Part shown: in pieces, positions 9,699 to 20,638 of the stretch
How positions within the stretch are numbered: position 1 is the first letter of the stretch
How the letters are laid out: each line of letters begins with the position of its first letter
NCBI GenBank assembly: GCA_963752475.1
Contig: CAVVYR010000001.1
Coordinates: forward strand, 128,001-192,000
Direction: 5' to 3'
Length of the DNA stretch: 64,000 bases
Source of the DNA: an uncultured Chloroflexia bacterium
GTDB lineage: Bacteria > Chloroflexota > Limnocylindria > Limnocylindrales > CSP1-4
Made by a program: the position numbers and the translations under genes
Notes under the pieces: generated by a model
Told to the model about the DNA's origin: nothing
The model's database searches: none
What the model saw: the letters and a program-made list of their open reading frames with translations, nothing else

Positions 9699-10718
9699 CT
9701 AGCCGAGTCCGGGGATGTCGGCGTAGGCCGAGAGTGCGGGCTGACCGCCAAGATGCGCGTAGAGCACGCGCGACCCGGGCGCGATCTGGCCCTCGCGGAT
9801 GAGGCCGAAGAGTCCCGCCAGGGACTTGCCTTCGTAGACCGGGTCGCTGAGCATGCCCTCGGTGCGCGCCGCCAGCTGAATGGCCTCGATGGTGCCCTCG
9901 TCGGGGATGCCGTAGGCCGGCCCTTCGTAGCCGGGCAGGACCGTGATCTCGTCGTCGCGAAGCGGTCGGCCCAGCCCGATGCGCTCAGCCGTGTCTCTCG
10001 CGATACGTGTGACCTGGCTGATGGTCTGATCCAGCGTGGCCGAGGCGTCGATGCCGATGACGCGCCGATCGTCGCGGTCCTCCAGTGCGAAGCCGGCGAT
10101 CATGCCCGCGTGCGTGGAGCCGGTGACCGTGCACACGACGACCGTGTCGAAGAACGTCTCGAGCTCGGCCTCCTGGGCTGCGACCTCGCGCGCCCAGTTG
10201 GCGAAGCCCATGCCACCAAGGGGATGGTCGGAGGCGCCCGCCGGGATGGCATAGGGCTTACCACCCGCGGCTTCGACCGACTCCAGCGCGGCCTTCCACG
10301 AGCCACGGATGCCGATGTCGAACCCGGAGTCGTCCATGCGGATGTCGCCGCCCATGATTCGGGTGAGCTGGATGTTGCCCACGACGCCGTACATGGGGTT
10401 GTCGTCGTCGACCCAGTGCTCCTGCACGGTGACGGCCTTGAGGCCGAGGTAGTTGGCCACACCCGTCACCTGGCGCGTGTGGTTCGACTGCACCCCGCCG
10501 ATCGACACGAGCGTGTCGCTGCCCTGCTCGATGGCGTCGGCTGCGAGGTACTCGAGCTTGCGCACCTTGTTGCCGCCGAGGGCGATGCCGCTGTTGGCAT
10601 CCTCGCGCTTGGCCCAGATCTCGACCTCGCCACCGAGCGCTTCCGAAAGCCGTTTCAGTGGGTGGATGGGCGACGGACCGAAGAGCAGCGGTACGCGCGG
10701 ATAGTCATCGAGATGCAT
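9699..10718 (-). CDS. acdS: 1-aminocyclopropane-1-carboxylate deaminase
   Basis: [60 protein letters not shown]. Confidence 0.93.
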   Translation of the reverse strand: MHLDDYPRVPLLFGPSPIHPLKRLSEALGGEVEIWAKREDANSGIALGGNKVRKLEYLAADAIEQGSDTLVSIGGVQSNHTRQVTGVANYLGLKAVTVQEHWVDDDNPMYGVVGNIQLTRIMGGDIRMDDSGFDIGIRGSWKAALESVEAAGGKPYAIPAGASDHPLGGMGFANWAREVAAQEAELETFFDTVVVCTVTGSTHAGMIAGFALEDRDDRRVIGIDASATLDQTISQVTRIARDTAERIGLGRPLRDDEITVLPGYEGPAYGIPDEGTIEAIQLAARTEGMLSDPVYEGKSLAGLFGLIREGQIAPGSRVLYAHLGGQPALSAYADIPGLG

Positions 10719-10783
10719 GGATCCCCCTGGGGCCGGTTCAGTGTGGCGACCAATGCTACCGGCTCGCGGGCGAGCCCCTTGGC

Positions 10784-12439
10784 CTACGGCGACTCACCAG
10801 CCTTGCCGGTCCACTGCTCGTACTGGAGGCCACGCTTCTCGTCCCTGCCGGCCACGCCGACCGGCTTGCCGGTCGTGTCGTAGAAGACCAGGTCCTTGCT
10901 ACGGTCCTTCATCTGGTACCAGGTCCCGGTCTGCAGCGTGACCTTGCCCTTGGCTTTCCAGCCGGTCTGCTTCTTCGTCTTGGGGTCGCGCTTGGGCACG
11001 ATCTTGCGCACCTCGTGTGCGGTGTCGAGCGAGACCCAGGTCCGGCCCGCCTTGACGTGCTTCGACTGCATCGGCGGCGGCGGATCCCGCGGCTGGGCGG
11101 CGGCGGTGGCTTCCGAGCTGGTGTCCGACGACCCGCCCGTGCCCTCGGCGAGACCGTCGAGCGCGTCGTAGCCGATCGGGCTGCCGACGTCAGTCACGCC
11201 GATCAGGGGGTCGGCCGGCAACAGCACCGGTGCGTCTGCCTCCGGGGGGTCGGCCTCGGACTCGGCAGGAGGATCGACCTCACTTGCCGGAGCTTCGACC
11301 TGCGGCTCATCGGCGGAGGCGTCACCGGTCGGACTCTCAGCATCGTCATCCGAGAAGAGCAGTTCATACAGGATCATCGCGCGGAAGGCGGCCTCGGCGT
11401 TGTCGTCCTGCTCCATGTTGACCTTGAGCAGGAGGCGCAGCTGCTCACGGCTGATCTTCCCGTCGTTGACGAACGCCTTGACGATCTCGACCAGCTCGTT
11501 GCCGACACCGTTCGCGGTGTCGGCGGCATCCGGCTTGGGTACCTCGGCCGAAGCGTCCTCTCGGTCAGGATCCTTTGCGGTCGCGTCGTCCTCCGCGCCC
11601 TCGCCGGGATCGGCATCCGAGAGGCCATCGAGTGCGCCACCGGGGGCGTCGATGACCATGTCGTCAGGGTGGTCACCGGCGGACCCGCCGTCCGGAGCTT
11701 GTGCCGCGCCAGCATCGTCCGCTTCGGGACGCCCGCCACTGAGGTAGAGGTCCTCGATCGTGCCCGCCATGTAGAGCTTGTTGTACTCATCGTCCGGCTG
11801 GCTCGGGACGCCGTCGAGGACGACGCGGCGGACCTGATCCTCTGGCGTCGCCGCGACGTAGCCGACGAACTGGTGGTCGACGGTGTTGCGATGCTTTGCC
11901 AGCAACCCTCCGGCTGCGTCGTAGAAACGCGTCACCGACCAGGTGTTCCACGGTCGCATGAAGCCCACGTGACTCACGGGTGGGTCCAACACCAGTTCGA
12001 ACCTTGACTGTCCATCGGGGACGAACTTGCCCTTCGGGCCCTTCGTCTTGACCACGCCCATAAGGCGATGCACAGCCGGTTCCTTGACGAAGTCGTAGGG
12101 CAACATGGCCACCGGAGCTCGTGCGGGAGCCCCTCGCGGAGGCGGCGGCCAACGGAACTTCGTCGTACGCAGGCCGATCGAGACGCTGCCGTCGGGCCCT
12201 TGCAGGACCAGCTTGCGATGCAGGCCACTCGGTACATCCTCGAAGTCGTTGAACACGACCACGCCATCCGCCGCGAGTTCGTCGAAGGCCTCGTGCGTCG
12301 AGGGCCCGAAGACCAGACCGGTCCCGACGCTGGGCGTGGACGCGATCGGCTCGTCGCCGTCGCTCGCAGCCACTGCGTTGGGTACGCCGACCAACGCCAG
12401 CATGACCACTACGACCATGGACCGCCTCACCGCGCGCAT
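10784..12439 (-). CDS. Secreted multidomain hypothetical protein with long acidic linker
   Basis: Signal peptide; folded N-terminal domain; D/E/A/P-rich middle; basic C-terminal domain; GC3-rich codon usage. Confidence 0.7.
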   Translation of the reverse strand: MRAVRRSMVVVVMLALVGVPNAVAASDGDEPIASTPSVGTGLVFGPSTHEAFDELAADGVVVFNDFEDVPSGLHRKLVLQGPDGSVSIGLRTTKFRWPPPPRGAPARAPVAMLPYDFVKEPAVHRLMGVVKTKGPKGKFVPDGQSRFELVLDPPVSHVGFMRPWNTWSVTRFYDAAGGLLAKHRNTVDHQFVGYVAATPEDQVRRVVLDGVPSQPDDEYNKLYMAGTIEDLYLSGGRPEADDAGAAQAPDGGSAGDHPDDMVIDAPGGALDGLSDADPGEGAEDDATAKDPDREDASAEVPKPDAADTANGVGNELVEIVKAFVNDGKISREQLRLLLKVNMEQDDNAEAAFRAMILYELLFSDDDAESPTGDASADEPQVEAPASEVDPPAESEADPPEADAPVLLPADPLIGVTDVGSPIGYDALDGLAEGTGGSSDTSSEATAAAQPRDPPPPMQSKHVKAGRTWVSLDTAHEVRKIVPKRDPKTKKQTGWKAKGKVTLQTGTWYQMKDRSKDLVFYDTTGKPVGVAGRDEKRGLQYEQWTGKAGESP

Positions 12440-12630
12440 GGCACCCCCCGACTACACGGGCCGGTTCCGCCAGTGACTCGGCGCGGTCCAGGCGGCCATG
12501 GTCACGAACCGCGCGTCGATGCCTCCCGCTGACGCGATTCTCTCGCGCGTGTCCAATGGATGGCTCGTGCCTGCCGGGCACCTTGAGTCTGCCGCAGACT
12601 CAGCGCGACTGCGCCGGCGCGCCCATCCGC

Positions 12631-13824
12631 CTAGCGGCGCTGCTGCCAGGACTTGCCCTCGACCGCCACGGCCGGGGCATAGACCATCTCGACCTGTTGC
12701 ATGGCCCGGATATCCGGTGCCCCCAGTGCGGCCATCGACTGGCGCAACGCGCCGATGAGGTTCTCCGTGCCATCGGTGACGCGAGACGGGCCGAAGAGGA
12801 TCCGTTCCATCGTGCCCACGGTCCCGACCTCGATGCGGGTGCCGCGCGGTAGCGTCGGCGAGGGCGCGGCCATGCCCCAGTTGGTGCCGTGCCCGGGGGC
12901 CTCCTCCGCACGCGCCAGCGGCGAACCGACCATGACCAGGTCGGCACCGGCGGCGATGGCCTTGGCCATCTCGCCGCCACGGCGCATGCCACCGTCACCG
13001 ACGACCGGGATGTAGACACCGGTGCGCTCGAAGTGATCGTCACGGGCTGCGGCCACATCGGCGATGGCCGTCACCTGCGGCACACCGATGCCGAGGACCT
13101 CACGCGTGGTGCAGGCCGCACCCGGCCCCACGCCGACGAACAGCGCCGCGATGCCCTGTTCCATGAGCGCGGCCGCGGCCTCGTAGGAGGTGGTGTTGCC
13201 GGCCGCGACGGGGATGCCCATCAGCCGCGTGAACTCGTCGAGCGCGAGGGGCTCGTAGCCCGAGGCGAGGTGCTGTGCGGACGAGACCTGCGACTGGACG
13301 AGGAAGACATCAGCACCAGCCTCGGCACAGAACGGACCCCAACGACGAGCGGCCGCGGGCGTGGCCGAGATGACCGCCGGCGAGCCGGCCTCGTGGAGCT
13401 CTCGGATGCGCGCGACCACGATCTCCTCGGCGATGGGGGCCTCGTACGCGCTCGAGAGGACCTCCTGGGCCTCATCGGAACCGGCCGTGGCGATGCGCTC
13501 GAGCACGGGCGTCGGATCCTGGTAGCGCATCTGAACGCCTTCGAGGTTCATCACGGCCAGGCCACCGAGGCCGGCCAGAACGCCCGCCGAGCGGACGTCG
13601 ACGACGGCGTCCATCGAGGCTGCGAGTACCGGGATGTCAAGCGACAGACCGGCGAACTCGACCGAGGTGTCGACGTCGGCCGGCTCGACCGTGGTCGGCC
13701 CTGGGGCCAGCGAGACGTCGTCGAATCCGTAGGCCTGTCGGATCGTGTCGACCTTCGAGGTGCGGCGGCGCGGAGCGCTCATCCGGTTGGCTGATCCCTG
13801 CGTGCTACCGACCTTGATGGTCAC
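12631..13824 (-). CDS. guaB3: GuaB3 family IMP dehydrogenase-related protein
   Basis: AYGFDDVSLAP, ASMDAVVD, VGVGPGAACTTREVLGIGVPQ, WGMAAPSPTLPRGTRI; no CBS subdomain. Confidence 0.92.
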   Translation of the reverse strand: MTIKVGSTQGSANRMSAPRRRTSKVDTIRQAYGFDDVSLAPGPTTVEPADVDTSVEFAGLSLDIPVLAASMDAVVDVRSAGVLAGLGGLAVMNLEGVQMRYQDPTPVLERIATAGSDEAQEVLSSAYEAPIAEEIVVARIRELHEAGSPAVISATPAAARRWGPFCAEAGADVFLVQSQVSSAQHLASGYEPLALDEFTRLMGIPVAAGNTTSYEAAAALMEQGIAALFVGVGPGAACTTREVLGIGVPQVTAIADVAAARDDHFERTGVYIPVVGDGGMRRGGEMAKAIAAGADLVMVGSPLARAEEAPGHGTNWGMAAPSPTLPRGTRIEVGTVGTMERILFGPSRVTDGTENLIGALRQSMAALGAPDIRAMQQVEMVYAPAVAVEGKSWQQRR

Positions 13825-13889
13825 CTTCGATCGACCCCTCCTGCATGGGCTTCGTGCATGTCGCTGACGGTTGGCGGCAGTATACCGAC

Positions 13890-14924
13890 GTGACTACTCG
13901 AGAGACCTACCCCGACCAGGTGACGCTGGCCGATGTCCAGGCTGCTGCCGACTGCCTCACCGGCGTCGCTGTGCGCACCCCGCTGCTGGCCTTCGGGCCC
14001 TTCGATGAAGAGGTGGGCGCGCCGCGCGTCTGGATCAAGCCGGAGAACCTGCAGCCCATCGGTGCCTTCAAGATCCGCGGCGCCTACAACGCCCTGGCCA
14101 CGCTCTCGCCCGAGCAGCGGGCTCGCGGCGTCGTGACGCACTCCAGCGGCAACCACGCACAGGGCGTGGCGCGGGCAGCGCGGATGCTGGGCATGAAGGC
14201 CGTCATCGTGATGCCCGAGGACACGCCTCGCATCAAGCTCGATGGCGTTCGCGCCGACGGAGCCGAGATCGTCTTCGTCGACGCCGACAACGAGGCCCGC
14301 ATCGTGCGCGCCGATGAGATCGGAGCAGAACGCGGTCTGCCCGTCATCTCCTCCTTCGACGACGCCCGCATCGTGGCCGGCCAGGGCACGGTGGGCCTGG
14401 AGATCGTGGAACAGGTCGCCGAGATGGGCCGTGCCAACGAGCCGCTGACGGTCTTCGTGCCCATCGGCGGCGGCGGGCTCTCGGCGGGCGTGTGCGTGGC
14501 CGTCAAGTCGCTGCGCCCGGACGCCATCGTCATCGGCGTCGAACCGGAGCTGGCGGCCGACGCTGCCGAATCCATCCGCGAGGACCGCATCGTGCGCTGG
14601 GGGCCCGAGCTCACCGGTCGCACCATCGCCGACGGCGTGCGCACGAGCGCGGTCGGCAGGATCCCCTTCGCCCAGCTGCGCCGGCTCATCGACGAGGTCG
14701 TGACCGTCAGCGAGGACGACATCAAGCGCGCCATGCTCGAGGCCTCGACTCGCGCTCGCATCGTGGCCGAGCCCTCCGGCGCGGTCTCGATCGCCGGCTG
14801 GATGCGCTACGGCGCCGAGCTGCCCGACGCCGACGAGTCGGACACCGTCCTGGTAGTCAGCGGTGGCAACGTCGATCCCGAGGCCTACCGCACGCTCCTG
14901 GCCGAGGCCGCGGCGCTCGACTGA
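13890..14924 (+). CDS. Threonine/serine dehydratase (PLP-dependent, no ACT domain)
   Basis: ENLQPIGAFKIRGA, HSSGNHAQG, PIGGGGL, TIADG, EPSGA, VSGGNVD. Confidence 0.9.
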   Translation: MTTRETYPDQVTLADVQAAADCLTGVAVRTPLLAFGPFDEEVGAPRVWIKPENLQPIGAFKIRGAYNALATLSPEQRARGVVTHSSGNHAQGVARAARMLGMKAVIVMPEDTPRIKLDGVRADGAEIVFVDADNEARIVRADEIGAERGLPVISSFDDARIVAGQGTVGLEIVEQVAEMGRANEPLTVFVPIGGGGLSAGVCVAVKSLRPDAIVIGVEPELAADAAESIREDRIVRWGPELTGRTIADGVRTSAVGRIPFAQLRRLIDEVVTVSEDDIKRAMLEASTRARIVAEPSGAVSIAGWMRYGAELPDADESDTVLVVSGGNVDPEAYRTLLAEAAALD

Positions 14925-15015
14925 CGCCGAAAGCGGTGCACCGGTGCGCCGCGGGACGGAGCCAAGATGCACCATCGCGCTGGCATCTTCCCGTGGGAGG
15001 ACTATCATCCGCGCC

Positions 15016-16008
15016 ATGCCCGAGCGACCCGTGCCCTTCAGCCTTCTCGACGCCGCCCGTGTGGTGGCGCGCGGAGGAACCTTCGACTCCAAGCTGGCTG
15101 CACTGTCCGAACAGGCCAGTGCTGTCACCGATGCGGAGACCGTCGCGATCCTGCTCCACGATGCCGACGGCGACGTGCTGCTCTCCCTCGATGGTGAGTT
15201 CGCACTGCCCCTCAGCGCCGCCGATGCGGACACGGCCCGGGTCACCGCCGATCGTCAGCCCGTGCTCATGAGCGGCGCGCCCGAGTCGCTGACCGACGTG
15301 CTCCCCGGAGCTGGCTCGAGCCTGATCGCGCCGCTGATCGTGGAGGACGAGGACGGCGCCTTCATCGAGGGCGTGCTTGTGCTGGGTTGGACTGCCGCGG
15401 AGCCGCCTACCGACGAGGTGCCCGACGCCATCCTGGCCATCGCCGACCTCGCCGCCGTGACCATCCGCCAGGCACGGCTGCGCAACTCGGTGTGGGAGCA
15501 GTCCGACCACGCCGACCGCCTCTCGCACACCGACCGGCTCACCGGCCTCGCCAACCGCGTCACCTTCGAGCGCATGCTCGAGCTGGAGATCGCTCGCGCC
15601 ACCCGTCAGGGCACACCCCTGGCCGTGGCCGTGCTCGACGTCGACGGCCTCAGCCACATCGGCGACCAGCAGGGCGCCCGCGTCGCCGACGAGGTGCTGC
15701 GCCACGTTGCCAGCGCCATCGCCGATCGTGTGCGGCTGCTCGACACCGTGGCCCGCTTCGGCGACGACGAGTTCGTGGTCATCGCACCCGGCGACGCCGG
15801 CGGCATCGTGGCCCTGCGCTTGCGCGACGCCATCGCCGAACTGCCGCCCGTGGGCGAGACCACCATCAGTGTCAGCGCCGCAGTCGTGCACCATCCCGCC
15901 GACGGCGCCACGGGCACGGAGCTGGTCGCGGCCTCGGAAGCCGCGCTGGCCAAGGCCAAGGGCGACGGACCCGGCGCCGTGTGGGGCGTGCAGGAGGCCT
16001 CAGCCTAG
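15016..16008 (+). CDS. GAF + degenerate GGDEF domain protein
   Basis: TDRLTGLANR, RFGDDEF; the DxDxFKxxND motif reads DVDGLSHIGD. Confidence 0.85.
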   Translation: MPERPVPFSLLDAARVVARGGTFDSKLAALSEQASAVTDAETVAILLHDADGDVLLSLDGEFALPLSAADADTARVTADRQPVLMSGAPESLTDVLPGAGSSLIAPLIVEDEDGAFIEGVLVLGWTAAEPPTDEVPDAILAIADLAAVTIRQARLRNSVWEQSDHADRLSHTDRLTGLANRVTFERMLELEIARATRQGTPLAVAVLDVDGLSHIGDQQGARVADEVLRHVASAIADRVRLLDTVARFGDDEFVVIAPGDAGGIVALRLRDAIAELPPVGETTISVSAAVVHHPADGATGTELVAASEAALAKAKGDGPGAVWGVQEASA

Positions 16009-16661
16009 GCCGGAAGCTTCTGCTCCACGGCGCGCCCGACCGCTTGGGCGACCTCCTCGACGCTGCCGCTGCCGTCGACCACCACCCAGCGATCGGGAGC
16101 GGCCGCCGCCATCTCGAGATAGCCCTCGCGGACCCGCGTGTGGAAGGCGAGGTCGAAGCGTGACTCGTCCTCCCAGCGCGTCAGCTCCCCGGCATCACCG
16201 GCCGCGCGCCGGTCGAGCCCCGTCTGCGGCGAGACGTCGAGCAGTACCACGAGGTCCGGATCCAACCCGTCGGTGGCCCACTCCTGGATGCGCCCGAGCA
16301 GCTCGAGGTCCATGCCGCTGCCGTAGCCCTGGTAGGCCATGGTCGAGGTGTAGTAGCGGTCGCAGACCACGACCTCGCCGCGCGCGAGGGCCGGCGCGAC
16401 GACCTCATCCACGTGCTGGGCACGCGCCGCGGTATAGAGCATCACGTCGGCCTTGGGGCCACGCGGCGTCGGTGCCGGATCGTTGACGATGTGGCGCACC
16501 TGCTCGCCCATGACGGTGCCACCGGGCTCACGGGAGTGGGTCACGGTCAGGCCGCGTCCGCGCAAGCTCTGGGCGAGAAGCTTCGCCTGCAGCGACTTGC
16601 CCGAGCCGTCGGGCCCCTCGAGCACGACGAAGAGACCCCGTCCGGGATCGCGGTCGGCCAT
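16005..16661 (-). CDS. tmk: Thymidylate kinase
   Basis: LEGPDGSGKS, REPGGT, CDRYYTSTMAYQG, PDLVVLLD. Confidence 0.96.
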   Translation of the reverse strand: MADRDPGRGLFVVLEGPDGSGKSLQAKLLAQSLRGRGLTVTHSREPGGTVMGEQVRHIVNDPAPTPRGPKADVMLYTAARAQHVDEVVAPALARGEVVVCDRYYTSTMAYQGYGSGMDLELLGRIQEWATDGLDPDLVVLLDVSPQTGLDRRAAGDAGELTRWEDESRFDLAFHTRVREGYLEMAAAAPDRWVVVDGSGSVEEVAQAVGRAVEQKLPA

Positions 16662-16663
16662 CG

Positions 16664-18853
16664 TCAGCGCCAGGTCCTCACCTTTTCAGGGTAGACGCGG
16701 ACCCGCCGGAAGGGCTCGCGACCGCGAGAGCGCGAGACGAGGTTGGCCGCCTCCGCCGCTCGATGCTGCAGCTTGCGCAGGTAGGCGTTCTGCGGCGACA
16801 GCTCCACCGGCTTGGACTTGGAGCGCACGAGCTCGATGGCCTCCTCGAGCTCCCGCATGGCCACGTCCTGTGGGTCCGAGTCGAGCACGAAGAGGCTGGT
16901 CAGGATGGATTGCATCTGGACCACGGTGTTCGACTTGAGCACGTAGATGGGGATGCCGCGCGCCTCCGACTCGCGGATGACAGGCGACTTCTGCTTGTAG
17001 CTGCTGCGCAGCGTGATGACGACATCGGCCTCGTCCGGCTCGCGGACGACCACGACCGGCAGCTGCAGGTCCTTGATGGCCTGCTCGAGTCGCTTCTTGC
17101 TGATGCCGTAGCCGAGCACGTTCATCGGCTCGAGCTGGACCGGCGTCTCGTTGATCTCACTCAGACGGATGAGCGACTCCTCTTCCTCGCGGGAACCGGC
17201 CGGGACGTCGATCTCACCGTCGGCCGTGGCCAGGCCGCCCGTAGCGCCGGCATCGAGCGCGGCCGGAATGCGCTCGGCCCTGGCCGCGACCTCTGACTCG
17301 ACGGCCTCGACCTCGTCCGCCTCCAGTTCGCTCATGGCGCGCGTGGCTGATGCCCGCCACTCGGCTTGCCGCTCGAACTCACGCGCATCCCGGGCCCGCG
17401 GCTCGGGCGCGCTGGAGCCACGCTCCATGGGTCCGCGATCGGCGATGGCACCCGCGCGGAAGACGGCACCGCCACCTGCGCGGCGACGGCTCTCATCCCC
17501 GGGCCACTCCATGCCTCGTCCTCGCCGGCTGCGGCTGCGCGGGGCACTGCCGGCGCGACCGGCGCCCTCGGCTCCCGGGCCCCTGCGCTCGCCGCGCGGC
17601 GCGGTATCACCGAAACCGCTCTGACCCGGACCTACGAGCCCACCGAAGCGCTCACCAGGCATGCGGCTACGCGGCCCGGGCCGGTTGCGGGCCTGGGAGC
17701 GATGGACGCCAGCCTCGTCGCGCCAGCGCATCTCGGGTGCCAACGCATCACCGCGGAGCAGGGCGTCGATGGTCTCGGCCACGTCGCTGTGGACGGCGAC
17801 GCGATCCCGGTCCTGGATCTCCACGACCACGTCGAAGGTCGGCGGCGCCTTGCGCTCGAGGACCGACTTCTGCGTCCGCCGCCGGCGGGCTTCATCGTCA
17901 CCCAACGTCACCGTCTGGATGCCGCCGATGAGGTCCGAGAGCGTGGGGTTCATCATCAGGTTGTCGAGGTTGTTGCCGTGGGCGGTACCGATGAGCTGCA
18001 CGCCACGCTCGGCGATGGTGCGGGCGGCGACTGCCTCCAACTCCGTGCCGATCTCGTCGATGACGATGACCTCGGGCATGTGGTTCTCGACGGCTTCGAT
18101 CATGACCGCGTGCTGACGGTCGGGCGTCTTGACCTGCATGCGTCGGGCACGACCGATACCGGCGTGCGGGATGTCTCCGTCGCCGGCGATCTCATTGCTG
18201 GTGTCGACGATGACGACACGCTTGTCGAGGTCGTCCGCGAGCACGCGCGCGGCCTCACGCAGCATCGTCGTCTTGCCGATGCCCGGCCGGCCCATGATGA
18301 GGATCGACTGCCCTGACTCGACGAGGTCGTCGATGATCTCGATGGTGCCGAAGACGGCACGACCGACGCGGCAGGTGAGGCCGACGATCTTGCCGCTGCG
18401 GTTGCGGATGGCGCTGATGCGGTGGAGCGTGCGCTCGATGCCAGCGCGGTTGTCATCCCCGAACGAGCCCACGTGGTCGACCACGTACTGGATGTCGTCG
18501 GTGCTGGTCTCACGGTCGAGCAGGACCTCCTCGCCTCCTCCGCCGAAGCGAGCCTCCGGGCGGCGCCCGAGGTCCATCACGACCTCGATGACGCTGCCCA
18601 CGTCCTCGAGTTCACGCATCCGTCGGGCGATCTCGGGCGGCAAGGCCTCGAGGAGCGACTCCAGGTGGTCGGCCACCAGTTCGGGCTTGCCGCCGTCCAC
18701 GCTCACGGAGGGGACGGGCGCAGCTTTGGCCTCGGGCTCCTGAGCGGGCGGAGCCTCGGCCGGCTCTGGCGCGTGTGCCTCGGGAGTGGCTTCTGTGACG
18801 GAGGTCTCGGAGCGGGTCGACGACATGGGTTCCTCCGATGGCGGAGTGGACAT
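16664..18853 (-). CDS. Ycf45/SpoIIIAA-like AAA ATPase with C-terminal R3H domain
   Basis: [51 protein letters not shown]; C-terminal [11 protein letters not shown]. Confidence 0.92.
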   Translation of the reverse strand: MSTPPSEEPMSSTRSETSVTEATPEAHAPEPAEAPPAQEPEAKAAPVPSVSVDGGKPELVADHLESLLEALPPEIARRMRELEDVGSVIEVVMDLGRRPEARFGGGGEEVLLDRETSTDDIQYVVDHVGSFGDDNRAGIERTLHRISAIRNRSGKIVGLTCRVGRAVFGTIEIIDDLVESGQSILIMGRPGIGKTTMLREAARVLADDLDKRVVIVDTSNEIAGDGDIPHAGIGRARRMQVKTPDRQHAVMIEAVENHMPEVIVIDEIGTELEAVAARTIAERGVQLIGTAHGNNLDNLMMNPTLSDLIGGIQTVTLGDDEARRRRTQKSVLERKAPPTFDVVVEIQDRDRVAVHSDVAETIDALLRGDALAPEMRWRDEAGVHRSQARNRPGPRSRMPGERFGGLVGPGQSGFGDTAPRGERRGPGAEGAGRAGSAPRSRSRRGRGMEWPGDESRRRAGGGAVFRAGAIADRGPMERGSSAPEPRARDAREFERQAEWRASATRAMSELEADEVEAVESEVAARAERIPAALDAGATGGLATADGEIDVPAGSREEEESLIRLSEINETPVQLEPMNVLGYGISKKRLEQAIKDLQLPVVVVREPDEADVVITLRSSYKQKSPVIRESEARGIPIYVLKSNTVVQMQSILTSLFVLDSDPQDVAMRELEEAIELVRSKSKPVELSPQNAYLRKLQHRAAEAANLVSRSRGREPFRRVRVYPEKVRTWR

Positions 18854-19941
18854 CAGACGGCTGGTACCAATGAGGGCTCCGCCACCCTCACCAGTGCCTC
18901 CTTGACGAGCAGCGAGACGGTCGCGATAGCCTCCATGTCCTGCTCTTCGAGACGGTGGTCGATCGGTGATTCATAGGTCCGTACGCAGGCCATGACGCCG
19001 TGTTGGTGGGCCCCGTCGGCCGAGCGCTGATCCGCCCCCGAGCGCTCCCCGATAAGCCCGAGTCCATAGCGGATGAGGGGTGTGGCGTCGTGGTCCGGCA
19101 GGGACATGACGCGCATGTAGTGGGGTTGCTGTTCCTTGGCCACACCGACCTGGAGCATGGCCGAGAGCCCCTGCCCGTCGGCCGACTCCTGCACCAGCGA
19201 CTCGACGTCGGCGAAGCGAAGCAGGGGCGTGAGCGACGTACGCGGCACGCTCGAGCGACCCGGGAGGTTCTCCCAGTCGGGCAGCCGATAGCCCTCGAGC
19301 CGCGCCACCGGCGAGGGCGTGACCCGCTTGTACAGCCGAGCCAGATCGACGGAGTCGAGGTTGGTGGCTGGGCGGATGCGCAACTGCTCGGCGTCGACGG
19401 CACGCAGGTCGGGGAAGGGCGCGCCGGGGTCACGGAAGAGGATGGACTCTTCGCCGTAGCGCGCGAAACCCGCCTGCATGAAGAGCTCGACATTGCCGTC
19501 CGTGTCGGCACAGGCCACGTGGAAGCGGCTGGCGCCACGCCGCGAGCCATCACGCATGAGGTGCTGGACGAGCCGGTAGCGGATGTCGCCGGCGTCCTCC
19601 TGGTCGATCGCATCGAGCTCCACGATGGTCCACTCGTCGCGGTTGGCGTCACGCTCGACGCGGGCCAGGCCCGAGAGTCGGCCGCCCTCGTCGTAGACGT
19701 ACATCTGGTCGTTGGGCTTGAACGCGCCCAGCGGCATGCGGAAGAGGCTGAAGACCGAGACGTGGCTAGCGGTCACGGGCAGGCCCAGGGAACGCATGGC
19801 GTGTTGCGGCTCGTCTCCACGGTGGCCGTCGTTGGGGTGGGCATCGATCGAGAGGTGGGCCATCCGGGATAGCTCTCCGACCGCTGCCAGATCGGTCAGG
19901 CGAGCTGCGCGGACGCGGCCCGAGCGAGTCGTCGCTGGCAT
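18853..19941 (-). CDS. Hypothetical protein, probable tandem GNAT-like folds
   Basis: Two VRAA/IRPA..D starts and FMQAGFARY; co-oriented within the pdxST-tmk operon. Confidence 0.6.
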   Translation of the reverse strand: MPATTRSGRVRAARLTDLAAVGELSRMAHLSIDAHPNDGHRGDEPQHAMRSLGLPVTASHVSVFSLFRMPLGAFKPNDQMYVYDEGGRLSGLARVERDANRDEWTIVELDAIDQEDAGDIRYRLVQHLMRDGSRRGASRFHVACADTDGNVELFMQAGFARYGEESILFRDPGAPFPDLRAVDAEQLRIRPATNLDSVDLARLYKRVTPSPVARLEGYRLPDWENLPGRSSVPRTSLTPLLRFADVESLVQESADGQGLSAMLQVGVAKEQQPHYMRVMSLPDHDATPLIRYGLGLIGERSGADQRSADGAHQHGVMACVRTYESPIDHRLEEQDMEAIATVSLLVKEALVRVAEPSLVPAV

Positions 19942-19972
19942 CAGCGCCCCCTCGTCGTGCTGCGTCGGCGGG

Positions 19973-20614
19973 TCATCGTGAGGCCTCTAGCCCCCTGCGC
20001 GTCGGATGGGGCCGGCGCCCGCTACCTTCGGCGGGTTCTGCGTAGGCCCCAGCCATGGTCGTGAGCAAGCGGTGGAAGCGGACCTCTCCCGTCAGCTCGG
20101 GATGGAAGGCCGTGGCGATGACGTTGCGCTGTCGCACGGCCACAACGCTACCGTCTTCGAGCCGCGCCAGCACGTCCACTTCGTCGCCCGTGCGCTCCAC
20201 GATGGGGGCGCGGATGAACACCGCATGGACGGGGGTATCGCCGAGTACAGGCACCTCGAGATCGGCCTCGAACGAGTCCAGCTGGCGCCCGAAGGCGTTG
20301 CGCTTGACCGAGACGTCGAGCACGGGGAACACGGCCTCGTCGCCGTCCACGATGTCCGCGGCCAGCAGGATCATGCCCGCGCACGTGCCCAGCACCGGGG
20401 CACCGGCACGGATGAGCTCGAGGACCGGCTGGCGCAGGCCCCAGCGGTCGATGAGCTTGCGCATGGTCGTGGACTCGCCGCCGGGCAGGATGAGCCCGGC
20501 GAGGCCCTCGAGATCCTCTGGCAGGCGCACGGGCACGGCCTCCGCACCGATGCCACGAAGCACGGCTTCGTGTTCGGCGAAGGCACCCTGGACGCGAAGG
20601 ACTCCGATCCTCAT
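19973..20614 (-). CDS. pdxT: Pyridoxal 5'-phosphate synthase glutaminase subunit
   Basis: GVLRVQGAFAEH, LPGGESTT, GTCAGMIL, RNAFGRQLDSF, FIRAP, FHPEL. Confidence 0.96.
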   Translation of the reverse strand: MRIGVLRVQGAFAEHEAVLRGIGAEAVPVRLPEDLEGLAGLILPGGESTTMRKLIDRWGLRQPVLELIRAGAPVLGTCAGMILLAADIVDGDEAVFPVLDVSVKRNAFGRQLDSFEADLEVPVLGDTPVHAVFIRAPIVERTGDEVDVLARLEDGSVVAVRQRNVIATAFHPELTGEVRFHRLLTTMAGAYAEPAEGSGRRPHPTRRGLEASR

Positions 20615-20638
20615 ACGTGTCGCCCGAGGCTCGCGGGG

